A stretch of 64,000 nucleotides of DNA from Candidatus Eiseniibacteriota bacterium (GCA_963776245.1 CAVZLN010000005.1:127253-191252); one strand, 5' to 3'; positions 1-9,989 are shown, counted from the first letter of the stretch. Numbers and translations: made by a program. Notes: generated by a model not told the origin, from the sequence alone.

Positions 1-2
1 GC

Positions 3-578
3 GGACCGGCCATCGCCCGGGCCGGCGGGCTCGCCCGGCTCGATGGAGAACCCCGCGCGCGCCGGGATCGGGCGCGCGCCCGCCTCGACCGCCTGCGGCG
101 AGAGCGCGGCCACCGTGATCCGGTAGCCCGGTGGCTGCGACGGACCGGACGACACCACGTTCAGCACGATCTGCACGTTCCAGGCTCCCCAGCCGCCGGT
201 GCCCTCGATGAGCCGGAATCGCGCGCTCACCGGCACGCTCGCGGCCGGACGCCCGTCGCGCTCGCGCTCGGTGGCGTAGGCGCCCTCGGCGAACGCGCCG
301 CGGAACGCCGCCATGAACGCGCGCCCCAGCGAGTCCGCGAGCGGCGGATCGAACTCGAGCGATGCCAGCCACGCGAGGTTCGGCGCCCCGGGCGGCGGGG
401 GCACGGTGTCGGCGATCGTGGTCTGCGGCGTCTGCATCTCCCGCGGGTCGGTCGGGATCTGCGCGCGCGGATCGGCGGACGCGGGCGGCGCGGCCGTCGG
501 GCGCGATTGCGCGCGGGCCGCCGGGGTTGCGAGGCACGCGAGCGCGATGGACAGGACCACGACGAGGTTCCGGCTCAT
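3..578 (-). CDS. Secreted hypothetical protein (runs off the window edge)
   Basis: Translated by hand: MSRNLVVVLSIALACLATPAARAQSRP..., signal peptide with AxA site, open to position 1; absent from the ORF track because no stop is in the window. Confidence 0.7.
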   Translation of the reverse strand, partial: MSRNLVVVLSIALACLATPAARAQSRPTAAPPASADPRAQIPTDPREMQTPQTTIADTVPPPPGAPNLAWLASLEFDPPLADSLGRAFMAAFRGAFAEGAYATERERDGRPAASVPVSARFRLIEGTGGWGAWNVQIVLNVVSSGPSQPPGYRITVAALSPQAVEAGARPIPARAGFSIEPGEPAGPGDGRS

Positions 579-642
579 GGGGGCTTCCTCCCGCGGCCCA
601 TCATGCACCTCCGGCCGGTGGATGTGCCACCCGCGGTCCGGC

Positions 643-864
643 TCAGCGCGGCAGCGAGTCCACCTGCGCGTTCATGCGCGCCGCCGCGTCCGCGCCGCGG
701 TCGGACGCCTCGAGCGCGCCGCCCACGGCGCCCGCGCCCGGGATGGGCTCCCGCGCCAGGATGCTGTCGCGCTGGCGCTGGGTCAGTTCGCGCTTCTCCG
801 CGCCCGGCTGCCTGGCGCAGCCCGCCAGCGCCAGCAGCGCCACCGCGATGACGATCTTCCTCAT
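643..864 (-). CDS. Small lipoprotein (73 aa)
   Basis: MRKIVIAVALLALAGC lipobox; ATGA overlap with the upstream stop. Confidence 0.75.
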   Translation of the reverse strand: MRKIVIAVALLALAGCARQPGAEKRELTQRQRDSILAREPIPGAGAVGGALEASDRGADAAARMNAQVDSLPR

Positions 865-1478
865 GACGGATCCCCCTCTGGTCCGAGCGGCCCGCTCTCG
901 ATCAGCCGACGCCCCGCGGCGCGGGCCCGGGCGAGCAGCGCCGGATCGCGCGTGACGCTGCCCGGCTCCACGTCGTCGTGCACCCAGGCGATGGTCTCCT
1001 CCCACCTGGCACCCACCCACTTGAGGAACCCCCGCACGCTGCGTTCAGCCAGGTCGTGGCGCTGGCGCTCGCCGCACGCGGTCACGAACAGCCCGCGGCG
1101 CGTGCGTTCCCAGCGCGGGCGGAACCCGTGCCCGCCGCCGGGCAGGAGCACCAGCGGCGTGACGCAGTTGCAGCGGTCCATCACCGCCTTGAGCGGCGCG
1201 CTCACGGTGTCGAAGTACACCGGCGACCCCACCACCACCGCGTGCGCGGCCTCCAGCAGCGCGTACACCCGGTCCATGTCGTCGCGGAAGATGCACAGCC
1301 CGGTGGTGGGCTCGGGACCGCACGCCATGCACGGGATGACCTTGAGGTCCAGGCAGCGCACCTGCTCGGCGTAGCCACCGGCCTCGACGGCGCCCGCCAG
1401 CACCTCGGCGAGCAGCCGGTCCACGCTGCTGCCCTGCACCGGGCTCCCGTTCAGCGCCACCACCAGCCGTGCGCTCAT
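861..1478 (-). CDS. Flavodoxin-fold FMN-dependent reductase / iron-sulfur flavoprotein family
   Basis: ALNGSP, PCMAC...C, DDM, GSPVYF, KAVMDR motifs. Confidence 0.85.
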   Translation of the reverse strand: MSARLVVALNGSPVQGSSVDRLLAEVLAGAVEAGGYAEQVRCLDLKVIPCMACGPEPTTGLCIFRDDMDRVYALLEAAHAVVVGSPVYFDTVSAPLKAVMDRCNCVTPLVLLPGGGHGFRPRWERTRRGLFVTACGERQRHDLAERSVRGFLKWVGARWEETIAWVHDDVEPGSVTRDPALLARARAAGRRLIESGPLGPEGDPS

Positions 1479-2170
1479 CACTTCCGTTTCGGTCTCGCCT
1501 TCGACGCGCCCTTCGCGGTCCGCTTCGCCGCGGCCTTCTTCCCCGCCGGCTTCGCCTTCCGCGCTGCCGGCTTCGTCTTCTTGACCGTTGGCTTCGCCTT
1601 CTTGACCGCTGGCTTCGCCTTCCTCGCCACCGGCTTCATCCCCTTCGCCACCGGCTTCGCGGGGGCGCGGTGGTGTCTCCGCTCCGCGGCGGTGGGGGAC
1701 GGGAACGCGGACGGCACCGGCATCGCGCCGGTGCTCGGCCGCTCGGGCAGCGGCGCCAGCGCGTCCGCGCCGAAGCGTTCGGCGAACCACGCGCGGATGT
1801 ACACCACGATGTCCTCGGTGGACGAGCCCGGGCCGAACAGCCGCCCGATGCCCGCCTGGGCCAGCGCCTCCATGTCGTCGGCCGGGATGATGCCGCCGCC
1901 GGTCAGCAGCTTGTCGCCGATCCCGCGCTCGACCATCAGCGCGTGCACCGCGGGGAACAGCGTCATGTGGGCCCCCGAGAGGATCGAGAGCGCCACGACG
2001 TCCACGTCCTCCTGGAGCGCGGCCTCGACGATCTGCGCGGCGGTCTGATGGAGCCCGGTGTAGATGACCTCCATGCCGGCGTCCCTCAGCGCCGCCGCGA
2101 CCACCTTGGCTCCGCGATCGTGCCCATCGAGGCCCGGCTTGCCCACCAGGACCCGGATCTTGCGTTGCAT
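1478..2170 (-). CDS. Acyl-CoA mutase small (cobalamin-binding) subunit with Lys/Ala/Pro-rich C-terminal tail
   Basis: [12 protein letters not shown] (DxHxxG), SILSGAH, GGGIIP. Confidence 0.92.
   Translation of the reverse strand: MQRKIRVLVGKPGLDGHDRGAKVVAAALRDAGMEVIYTGLHQTAAQIVEAALQEDVDVVALSILSGAHMTLFPAVHALMVERGIGDKLLTGGGIIPADDMEALAQAGIGRLFGPGSSTEDIVVYIRAWFAERFGADALAPLPERPSTGAMPVPSAFPSPTAAERRHHRAPAKPVAKGMKPVARKAKPAVKKAKPTVKKTKPAARKAKPAGKKAAAKRTAKGASKARPKRK
1545..1662 (-). repeat. Degenerate 21-bp (7-aa) tandem repeat encoding K/R-K-A-K-P-A-V-like units
   Basis: ggcttcgcctt-like unit recurs every 21 nt; protein [38 protein letters not shown]. Confidence 0.8.
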
Positions 2171-2211
2171 GCGGCTCTCTCCTTCCGTCGTGCGGCGCCT
2201 CGCGGCGCGGA

Positions 2212-2904
2212 TCAGCGTCTGGGATCTTCGATGTCGGAGACATCCGGCATGTTCGCCAGCTCCTCGAGCGTGTCCTCGAACGCGTGGCGCGCCGCCTCGA
2301 ACTGCTCCGCCGGCACCGGGATCGGGCTGCCGTCGTCGTCGTGCGGGCGCTGGATGACCCCGCGCCGCTCGAGCAGGGCGAGCGCGCCGCGCGCGGACTC
2401 CTCGGTCTCGAACGCGAGCGGCCGGTACTCGCCGTCGCGCCCCAGCAGCTCGAGCCGCCACGGGTCCACGTCGGGGGCGCCGCGCACCACGCGGCCGGCG
2501 CTGAAGTCTCCGGCGTCGAGGCCGTAGCCCGGCAGCCCGCCGCCCTCGGCACGGCGCTTCACCGACAGCACCTCGGCGCGCAGCTGCTCCCACGGCACCA
2601 TGCCCCCGAGCACCGCCGTGTGCGCCTCGCCGAGCGGCAGCATGCGCACCCCCACGCTGCCGGGCAGCAGCACCTCGCCATTCGAGGTCACGAACAGCAT
2701 CTCGTCCGGCCCGGGCGCCTCGTCATCGTCCTCGTCCGCGTCGTCGCTCGCCGCGTCCGCCGCCTCTTCGAGCGCGTCATGCCCGGTCTCACGCCGGGTC
2801 GCCCCGGTGCCGACCGGCTCCGATACCGTGCCACGGCGCATCAGCATGGCCACCACCGCCATGACCACGGCCGCGCCCACCAGAGGTGCCCAGGGAATGG
2901 TCAT
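2212..2904 (-). CDS. Hypothetical membrane-anchored protein
   Basis: N-terminal TM helix, acidic linker, host-like codon usage; lies between the two mutase subunit genes. Confidence 0.7.
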   Translation of the reverse strand: MTIPWAPLVGAAVVMAVVAMLMRRGTVSEPVGTGATRRETGHDALEEAADAASDDADEDDDEAPGPDEMLFVTSNGEVLLPGSVGVRMLPLGEAHTAVLGGMVPWEQLRAEVLSVKRRAEGGGLPGYGLDAGDFSAGRVVRGAPDVDPWRLELLGRDGEYRPLAFETEESARGALALLERRGVIQRPHDDDGSPIPVPAEQFEAARHAFEDTLEELANMPDVSDIEDPRR

Positions 2905-2919
2905 GCGTCTCTCGCGCGC

Positions 2920-4686
2920 CTAGAACTCGGCGCTCTCCACGTGGTCGCCGAACACCTCGCGCATCGCGTCGCGGATCTCGCCCTCGGTCGCGTACGTCCG
3001 CGCGCAGTCGAGGATCTTCTCCATCAGGTTCGCCTCGCCCGGCCGGGTGCGCGCGGCCGCGGTGAGCGCCTTGAGCGCGGTGGCCGTGGCGGCATGGTCC
3101 CGGGTGCGCTTGAGCTCGGCGATGACGCGCTTCTGCTCGGCCTCGACCTCCTCGCCGATCGTCAGGATCGGGATGTCGAGCTTCTCGTCGGGCTCCACGT
3201 ACTCGTTCACGCCGACGATGATGCGCTGCCTGCGCTCGATCTCGCGCTGGTACTGGTAGGCCGCGCGCCCGATCTCGCGCTGGAAGAAGCCGCGCTCGAT
3301 GCCGGCCACCACCCCGCCCATCTCGGCGATCTGGCGGAAATAGGCCTCGGCCTGCTCCTCGAGCGAGTTGGTGAGGCTCTCGACGTAGTACGAGCCGGCC
3401 AGCGGATCGATGGTCTCGGTCACGCCGATCTCGTGCGCGATCACCTGCTGGGTCCGCAGCGCGATCTTCACCGCCTTGTCGCTCGGCAGCGCGATGGTCT
3501 CGTCCATCGAGTTGGTGTGGAGCGACTGCGTGCCTCCCAGCACCCCGGCCAGCGCCTGGAAGGCGGTGCGCATGATGTTGTTCTCGGGCTGCTTGTCCCA
3601 CAGCGAGCATCCCGCGGTCTGGGTGTGGAACCGCATCAGCCACGATTCCTTCTTCTTCGCGCCGAAGCGCTCGCGCATGTGGCGCGCCCAGATGCGGCGC
3701 GCGGCGCGCAGCTTGGCGATCTCCTCGAAGAAGTCGAGGTGGCTGTTCCAGAAGAACGACAGGCGGGGGGCGAACTCGTCGATGTCGAGCCCGCGCTCGA
3801 GGCAGCGCTCGACGTAGGTGAAGCCGTCGGCGATGGTGAACGCCAGCTCCTGCGCCGCGGTGCTGCCGGCCTCGCGGATGTGGTAGCCGGAGATCGAGAT
3901 GGTGTTCCACTGCGGCACGTTGCGGGTCGCGAAGTCGATCAGATCGACGATGATCCGCAATGATGGCTCGGGCGGGAAACACCAGCACTTCTGGGCGATG
4001 TACTCCTTGAGGATGTCATTTTGCAGCGTGCCGCGCAGCCGCGCGAACGGGACTCCGCGCTTCTCGGCGTTCGCGAGGTAGAACGCGAACATGATCGCCG
4101 CCGGCCCATTGATGGTCATCGACGTGGACACCCGGCCCGGATCGATCCCCCCGAGCAGCGTCTCCATGTCGCGCAGCGAGTCCACCGCCACGCCGCACTT
4201 GCCGACCTCGCCGTGCGACTTCGGATGGTCGCTGTCGTAGCCCATGATGGTGGGGTTGTCGAACGCGATGGACAGGCCGGTCTGGCCGTGACCGAGCAGG
4301 TAGTGGAAGCGCTCGTTGGTCTCGCGCGCGGTGCCGAAGCCCGCGAACTGGCGCATCGTGAACATGCGCCCCCGGTACATGGTGGGGTGCACGCCGCGCG
4401 TGAACGGATACTCGCCGGGCACCGAGAGGTCGCGAGCGAGATCCATGCCCTGGACGTCGTCCGGGGTGTAGAGCGGCCGGATCGGCAGGCCCGAGATGGT
4501 GAACGGATAGAGCCCCGGGCGCTCGCGGTCCGCCGGATAGCCGGCCCGGTAGTCCTGGCTGAGACGCGCGAAGTCGCGGTCCGCGGCGGGCCGGGACGCG
4601 CGGGCGCGCGCGGGATGGGCACGGGTGCGCCGGCGACCGGCCGGCGTTCCGCCGCGCGCCGGGGTCTTGGAAGAGCGATTCGCCAC
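2920..4686 (-). CDS. B12-dependent acyl-CoA mutase large subunit (methylmalonyl-CoA mutase family, isobutyryl-CoA mutase-like)
   Basis: [56 protein letters not shown] start after AAGGAGG. Confidence 0.93.
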   Translation of the reverse strand: MANRSSKTPARGGTPAGRRRTRAHPARARASRPAADRDFARLSQDYRAGYPADRERPGLYPFTISGLPIRPLYTPDDVQGMDLARDLSVPGEYPFTRGVHPTMYRGRMFTMRQFAGFGTARETNERFHYLLGHGQTGLSIAFDNPTIMGYDSDHPKSHGEVGKCGVAVDSLRDMETLLGGIDPGRVSTSMTINGPAAIMFAFYLANAEKRGVPFARLRGTLQNDILKEYIAQKCWCFPPEPSLRIIVDLIDFATRNVPQWNTISISGYHIREAGSTAAQELAFTIADGFTYVERCLERGLDIDEFAPRLSFFWNSHLDFFEEIAKLRAARRIWARHMRERFGAKKKESWLMRFHTQTAGCSLWDKQPENNIMRTAFQALAGVLGGTQSLHTNSMDETIALPSDKAVKIALRTQQVIAHEIGVTETIDPLAGSYYVESLTNSLEEQAEAYFRQIAEMGGVVAGIERGFFQREIGRAAYQYQREIERRQRIIVGVNEYVEPDEKLDIPILTIGEEVEAEQKRVIAELKRTRDHAATATALKALTAAARTRPGEANLMEKILDCARTYATEGEIRDAMREVFGDHVESAEF

Positions 4687-4734
4687 GGTGCCTCCTTGGG
4701 GCCGGCGGCCGGGTGTCGAGCGTCGGACTGCGCG

Positions 4735-4764
4735 AGAGTACGGGGGCGCTCTGAGGGCGGTCAA
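4735..4764 (-). promoter_or_regulatory. Putative sigma70 promoter of the mutase operon
   Basis: TTGACC-N18-TACTCT. Confidence 0.55.
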
Positions 4765-4853
4765 GAACCACACGCGGGCCCGGATGGGACGCCCGGCACG
4801 CCGTCGGTCAGCGGTCGAGGCGTGCGGTCGTCCCCGCGGTGCCCCACGCCTGC

Positions 4854-5801
4854 TCAGCCGCGCGTCAGGCGCTCCGCCGCCTGCCGCGGGGTGAGCCGGC
4901 GCTCCACCACCTCCTCGAGCACCGCGGACCGCTCGGCACGCGGCACCGCGGACTCGTGAGCGGCCCAGAGCTGCGCCCGCACCAGATCGTCGAGGCGCTG
5001 CTCGAGCCGCTGGCGCCGGCGCTGGTGGAGCCCGCCGTGGGCGGCGAGGTAGCCGAGGTGCTCCTCGAACGCGTCCACGACCGCGAGCACGCCGGTGCCG
5101 GTGGATGCCGTGGTGAGCAGCACCGGCGGGCGCCGGTCGCTCATCGCGGCGCGCAGATCGAGCGCGCTGTTGACGGCGTAGGCGGCGCGCTCGGCGCCTT
5201 CGCGATCGGCCTTGTTGATCACGAACAGGTCGCCGATCTCCATCAGGCCGGCCTTCATCGCCTGGACCGCGTCGCCCGACTCCGGCACCAGCACCACCGC
5301 GGTGGAGTCCGCGGTCTGCGCCACCTCGAGCTCGCTCTGCCCCACCCCCACGGTCTCGATCAGGATGCGCGCGAAGCCCGCGGCGTCAAGCACGTCGCAC
5401 ACCTGCGCGGTGTGCACCGCCAGCCCGCCCATGCTGCCGCGGGTCGCCATCGAACGGATGAACACGCCCGGGTCGCCCGAGAGTTCGCCCATGCGCACGC
5501 GGTCGCCGAGCAGCGCGCCGCCGCTGAACGGGCTGGTGGGGTCCACCGCCACGATCGCCACGGTCTGCCCGCGGCGGCGGTAGTCCTGCGCCAGGCGCGT
5601 GACCAGCGTGCTCTTGCCGGCGCCCGGCGGGCCCGTGATGCCGACGCGGAACGCCTGTCCGCTGCGCGCGAAGCAGGCATCGAGGATCTCGACCGCGTCA
5701 GGCGCCTCGTTCTCGACCCGCGAGATCGCGCGCGCGAGCGGGACGCGCGCGCCGGCGAGCAGGCCCTCGAGCACTTCGGCGGTGGAGAGGTCGAGGATCA
5801 C
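4854..5801 (-). CDS. meaB: Mutase-associated GTPase MeaB/ArgK
   Basis: [44 protein letters not shown]. Confidence 0.95.
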   Translation of the reverse strand: MILDLSTAEVLEGLLAGARVPLARAISRVENEAPDAVEILDACFARSGQAFRVGITGPPGAGKSTLVTRLAQDYRRRGQTVAIVAVDPTSPFSGGALLGDRVRMGELSGDPGVFIRSMATRGSMGGLAVHTAQVCDVLDAAGFARILIETVGVGQSELEVAQTADSTAVVLVPESGDAVQAMKAGLMEIGDLFVINKADREGAERAAYAVNSALDLRAAMSDRRPPVLLTTASTGTGVLAVVDAFEEHLGYLAAHGGLHQRRRQRLEQRLDDLVRAQLWAAHESAVPRAERSAVLEEVVERRLTPRQAAERLTRG

Positions 5802-5878
5802 GTGCCGTCCGGGATCGGGTGGTGCGTGCGCCGGCTCGCGGGGTGGCCGCGCGCCGGCGGGGCGAGTCGGGACGCGCG

Positions 5879-5908
5879 AACTTACGCGGCGGGTGCGCGG
5901 CGGGTCAA
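5879..5908 (-). promoter_or_regulatory. Putative sigma70 promoter of meaB
   Basis: TTGACC-N18-TAAGTT. Confidence 0.5.
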
Positions 5909-5951
5909 GACACGGGCGGCCGCGCGCCGGTCACGGGCGAAGCCGCCGGCG

Positions 5952-6992
5952 TCAGCGTGCCGTGGGCTCGTCCGCGCGGCGGACGCGCTGCCCGCGCTCG
6001 AGTTCGGCGAGCGCCCGGCGCTGGCCGTCGATCACCACGTCGGTGAAGGCCGCGGGCAGCCCTTCGCCCCGCAGCGGCTCCGGACCGTTCTGCAGGTGGA
6101 AGTGCAGATGCGGCTCGCTCGAGTTGCCCGAGTTCCCGCACCATCCGAGCGTGTCGCCCGCGGCCACCGAATCGCCCACCACCACGCGCATCCTGCCCGG
6201 CTGCAGATGCGCGAGCAGCGAGAACTCGCCGCCCCCGTGGGCGATCACCACGCCGTTGCCGATCGGGTGCTCGGGGTCCATCTGCCCCGGCACCTGGTCG
6301 GGACGGCCTTCCTGCGCCCACACCACCTGACCCACCGCGGGCGCCAGGATCGGCTGCCCGTAGCAGTAGTAGTCCTCGACCCGCTTGCCCTCGCCGCGAT
6401 GCGTGGAGCCCGCGCGCTGCATCACCAGGTCGTACGCGAAACGCTGGTCGCGCGACACCGCGTGCCGGTTCTGCTCGACCGTGCGCCCGCCCCAGAACAC
6501 CGTCCACTCGCCGTGCGCCGGGAAGTCCAGCCGGGTCTGGTTGTGGTACTCGAGGAAGCGGCTCTCGGCCGCGCGCGGCGGCTCCGAGGGATCGGGCTTG
6601 ACGAAGAACCCGGCCACGCGGCCGCGCGCGTCGAACGCGAACTGGAGCAGCAGCGGCGCGGTCACGCCGGAGAAACGGCAGCGCGCCAGGTACACCAGCA
6701 TCTCGCCGCTGCGCTCGACGCGCTCGGAGAGGCAGGAGTCGAGCGGCCCGGTCTGATCGGCGATGGCGCGGAGCGTGGCGGCGAAGCCCGCCGAGTCCCG
6801 GAGCGCGGAGCGCATGGCGGGATCGAACTCGGCCCACAGCGGCCCCGGATCGGCCGCGCGCACCGCTCCCTGCAGCGCGCGCGCCTTGGCGAGCGCGGCC
6901 GCTTCGTCGAACGGCGCGGTGCGCGGGGGCGCGCCCGCGGCGAGCGTGGACAAGGACGCGAGCACCACCACGAGCGACGCGATCAAACGCAT
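5952..6992 (-). CDS. Secreted M23 family metallopeptidase with DUF3887-like N-terminal domain
   Basis: Signal peptide; H...FAYD, GNGVVIAH, AHL, GNSGNSSEPHLHF. Confidence 0.85.
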   Translation of the reverse strand: MRLIASLVVVLASLSTLAAGAPPRTAPFDEAAALAKARALQGAVRAADPGPLWAEFDPAMRSALRDSAGFAATLRAIADQTGPLDSCLSERVERSGEMLVYLARCRFSGVTAPLLLQFAFDARGRVAGFFVKPDPSEPPRAAESRFLEYHNQTRLDFPAHGEWTVFWGGRTVEQNRHAVSRDQRFAYDLVMQRAGSTHRGEGKRVEDYYCYGQPILAPAVGQVVWAQEGRPDQVPGQMDPEHPIGNGVVIAHGGGEFSLLAHLQPGRMRVVVGDSVAAGDTLGWCGNSGNSSEPHLHFHLQNGPEPLRGEGLPAAFTDVVIDGQRRALAELERGQRVRRADEPTAR

Positions 6993-7017
6993 GTCGGACC
7001 TCCGTAGGGGAACCAGC

Positions 7018-8364
7018 TCATCCGTGGGCGCGCGCGGAAGCGACCTGGGCCAGCACCTGGCGGGCGATGGTCATCGCCGCGTCGGGGCGCGCCAGCTCGG
7101 CGGCGGCCGCGCGCATGCCCTCCCGCGCCCTGGCATCCGCGAGCAGCCTCGCCACCGCCTCCTCGACCGCGCCGACGCTGGCCGCGTGCACCGCCGCGCC
7201 CGCCTGCACCAGCACCGCGGCGTTGCGCACCTCCTGCCCCGGCGTGGGACGGAAGATGACCATCGGCACGCCCTTCACCAGGGCCTCCGAGCAGGTGAGC
7301 CCGCCCGCCTTGCTCACCAGCACGTCGCTCGCCTCGAGCAGCACGTCCACCTCGTCGGTGAAGCCGAACACCCGGATGTCACCGCTCGCGGCCGCGGGCA
7401 GGGCCCCGACCTGGGCGCGCAGGCGTTCATTGGTGCCGCACACCACCACCACCTGGGGCCCGGCCGTCAGCCCGGCGAGCCGTTGCGCCAGGTCGGCGAG
7501 CGGGCCCACGCCGCTGCCGCCGCCCATCACCAGCACCACCGGGCGCCGCGGGGCGAGCCCCATCCGCGCGCGCGCCTCGTCGCGCGGGATGCGTTGCGCG
7601 AAGCGCGGCGCCACCGGGATGCCACTGGCCTCGATGCGGGCCCGCGGGACGCCGTGGCCCGCCAGGTCGCTGGCCGCGCGCTCGCCGGCCACGAAGTAGC
7701 GGTCCACGTTCGGGATCGCCCAGAACGGGTGCGCGGCGAAGTCCGTGATGACGCACTCGAGGGGCACCCCGAGCGCGCCGCGCGCGCGCATCGGGCCGAG
7801 CGCCTCGACCGGCAGGAAGTGGGTGCACACCACTGCGTCGGGGCGCTCGCGTCCGACCACGCGGGCGAGCCGGCGCAGGTTGAGGCGGTCCATCAGCCGC
7901 GCGCCCGGCGCCGCGCGCATCATCGGCGCGCTCTCCCACGAGCGGTAGAGCAGTCCCCACAGCCGCGGCGCGCGCGCGGCGAGCAGGTCGTAGCCCTGGG
8001 CGTAGGCGGTGCGGTAGAAGCCCGACGCGAACACCAGGGTGTCCACCTCGCGGATGGTCGCGCTCGGGTCGAGCTGCTGGATAGCGGTGGCGATGGCCTG
8101 TGCCGCGCGCCGGTGACCGCTGCCGGCGGTGGCGTGGAGGATGGCGATGCGCGGGCCCTGCACCGCGCGCCCCGCGGCCAGCGTGCCGACCGCGACCATG
8201 CCGCCCGCCGACTCGGGAAACAGCACCTCGCCCGGCGCGATGGCACGCCAGCGCCGGCGCCACCACAGCCGCTGCAGGCGCACGCGCGCGCGCCAGCGGC
8301 GGGTGAGAGCGTGGGGCAGGCGCAACCGGCCGATGCGGGGCACGCGGACCATCTCCTCCTTCAC
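7018..8364 (-). CDS. MGDG synthase/UgtP-like diacylglycerol glycosyltransferase (GT28); start uncertain
   Basis: GSGHRRAA, VVCTHF, VITDF, GIPV, MGGGSG, SKAGGLTCSEAL, PGQEVRNA. Confidence 0.88.
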   Translation of the reverse strand: MKEEMVRVPRIGRLRLPHALTRRWRARVRLQRLWWRRRWRAIAPGEVLFPESAGGMVAVGTLAAGRAVQGPRIAILHATAGSGHRRAAQAIATAIQQLDPSATIREVDTLVFASGFYRTAYAQGYDLLAARAPRLWGLLYRSWESAPMMRAAPGARLMDRLNLRRLARVVGRERPDAVVCTHFLPVEALGPMRARGALGVPLECVITDFAAHPFWAIPNVDRYFVAGERAASDLAGHGVPRARIEASGIPVAPRFAQRIPRDEARARMGLAPRRPVVLVMGGGSGVGPLADLAQRLAGLTAGPQVVVVCGTNERLRAQVGALPAAASGDIRVFGFTDEVDVLLEASDVLVSKAGGLTCSEALVKGVPMVIFRPTPGQEVRNAAVLVQAGAAVHAASVGAVEEAVARLLADARAREGMRAAAAELARPDAAMTIARQVLAQVASARAHG

Positions 8365-8711
8365 GACTGCACGGCGTTGCGGTAGTGACGCAGCCGCAAC
8401 CCATCGTCGGTCATCTCGAGCGCCACCACGTCGATGCGCACCCAGCGCACCCCCTGCGCCTCGAGGGCGAGCGCGGCGCGGCGCAGGCGGTCGCGCTTGC
8501 CGTGGTCCACCGCCAGCGCGGCGCCCCCGAAATCGGCGCGGCCCCGGTACTTCACTTCGACCAGCACGCGGGTGCTCCCTTCGAGCGCCACCAGATCCAC
8601 CTCGACGCCGCCGACGCGCACGTTGCGCTCGAGGTCCCTCCAGCCGAGCAGCGTCAGGTACGCGGCGGCGAACGCCTCGCCCGCCTGCCCGTGCGATCGG
8701 GCTGTTCCCAT
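8361..8711 (-). CDS. yraN: YraN family endonuclease
   Basis: GQAGE, EVDLVA, VEVKYR, RIDVVA; follows rnhB. Confidence 0.9.
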   Translation of the reverse strand: MGTARSHGQAGEAFAAAYLTLLGWRDLERNVRVGGVEVDLVALEGSTRVLVEVKYRGRADFGGAALAVDHGKRDRLRRAALALEAQGVRWVRIDVVALEMTDDGLRLRHYRNAVQS

Positions 8712-8790
8712 CGGATACTCCCGCGGGGGCGGGCCACGGGGACCGGAGGCGCGCGCAGTCTACCCGATGGGCGGCCGCGATGCGCGCCGC

Positions 8791-9423
8791 TCACCCGAGC
8801 GGCAGCTCGAGGGTGCGGACGGGGGCGAACGAGTAGCGGTGGAGCGGGCAGGGGCCGTGGCGCTCGATGGCCGCCAGATGGTCGGCGGTGCCGTAGCCCT
8901 TGTGGCGCGCGAAGCCGTACACCGGATACACGCGGTCGAGGCGCTCCATGATGCGGTCGCGGACCACCTTGGCGAGCACCGACGCGGCCGCGATCGAGAG
9001 CATGCGCGCGTCCCCGCCGATCACGGTCTGCTGCTCGCAGACGAGACCGGGCACCTCGCTGTCCCCGTCCACCAGCACCAGCGAGGGCGGCAGGCTCAGG
9101 CGCGTGACGGCGCGGCGCATCGCCTCCAGCGAGGCGCGGCGGATGTTGAGCCGGTCGATGGCGCGCGGGCCCACGACGCCCCACGCGAATGCCCGGGCCT
9201 CGATGAGGACCCGGGCATAGAGCTCGTCGCGCTTCTCGGCGGTCAGCTTCTTGCTGTCGTCGAGACCTTCGCACCAGTCACCGGGCGCGAGCACCACCGC
9301 GGCGGCGACCACCGGTCCGGCGAGCGGCCCGCGACCGGCCTCGTCCACCCCCGCCACCGTCGCGCCCTCGCCCGCCAGCAGCGATTCGGCGCGGGCCAGC
9401 CGGCGCCAGGGCGACTCGGTCAC
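8791..9423 (-). CDS. rnhB: Ribonuclease HII
   Basis: GVDEAGRGPLAGPVVAAAV, DSKKL, SIAAASVLAKVVRD, HKGYGT. Confidence 0.96.
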   Translation of the reverse strand: MTESPWRRLARAESLLAGEGATVAGVDEAGRGPLAGPVVAAAVVLAPGDWCEGLDDSKKLTAEKRDELYARVLIEARAFAWGVVGPRAIDRLNIRRASLEAMRRAVTRLSLPPSLVLVDGDSEVPGLVCEQQTVIGGDARMLSIAAASVLAKVVRDRIMERLDRVYPVYGFARHKGYGTADHLAAIERHGPCPLHRYSFAPVRTLELPLG

Positions 9424-9785
9424 TTCGGGCTGGTCGCTCCGGTCGAGCGCTTCTCGGAGAGGCGCGCGGCCTTGCCGGTCTTCTTGCGCAGGTAGAAGAG
9501 CTTCGCGCGGCGCACCTTGGACTGCCGGATGAGCTTGATCTCGGCGACCGTCGGGCTGTGGAGCGGGAAGGTGCGCTCCACGCCGATGCCGTCGGAGATC
9601 TTGCGGACCGTGAAGGTCTTGCGCAGCCCGGCGCCGCGGACGTTGATGACGTCGCCGCGGAACTTCTGCTGGCGCGACTTGTCGCCCTCGACCACGAGCA
9701 CCGACACCTCGACCGTGTCGCCGGGGCGCAGGTCGGGACGGTCGCTCTTGGTGTGGACGGCTTCGAGCTTCTCGATGAGGCCCAT
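9420..9785 (-). CDS. rplS: 50S ribosomal protein L19
   Basis: RPGDTVEV, TFTVRKIS.GIGVERTFPLHSP, KVRRAKLFYLR; RBS AAAGGAG. Confidence 0.98.
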   Translation of the reverse strand: MGLIEKLEAVHTKSDRPDLRPGDTVEVSVLVVEGDKSRQQKFRGDVINVRGAGLRKTFTVRKISDGIGVERTFPLHSPTVAEIKLIRQSKVRRAKLFYLRKKTGKAARLSEKRSTGATSPK

Positions 9786-9844
9786 CTCCGGGCTCCTTTC
9801 CAATGGATCGTGCCCGGGACATCCCAGGGCGATTGCGGCCGCGG

Positions 9845-9885
9845 AGTATAGGCGAAGGGGCGGACTCCCGCCAAATCGGGAGTCC
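9845..9885 (-). promoter_or_regulatory. Putative rplS promoter with an inverted repeat over the -35
   Basis: TTGGCG-N18-TATACT; GGACTCCCG-N6-CGGGAGTCC at 9862-9885. Confidence 0.5.
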
Positions 9886-9989
9886 CCGCCCGCGGTGCGG
9901 GCCGCGCCGGCCGCGCCCGGCACGGCCTCCCGGCGGCGGTCGGCGGCGGCCCGTTGGCCTGCTCCCCCGCATCGGCTAGGCTGCGCGCG

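Noticed and set aside
4690..4850. Cobalamin riboswitch upstream of the mutase
   Set aside because: No B12-box recognised and the predicted leader is only about 40 nt
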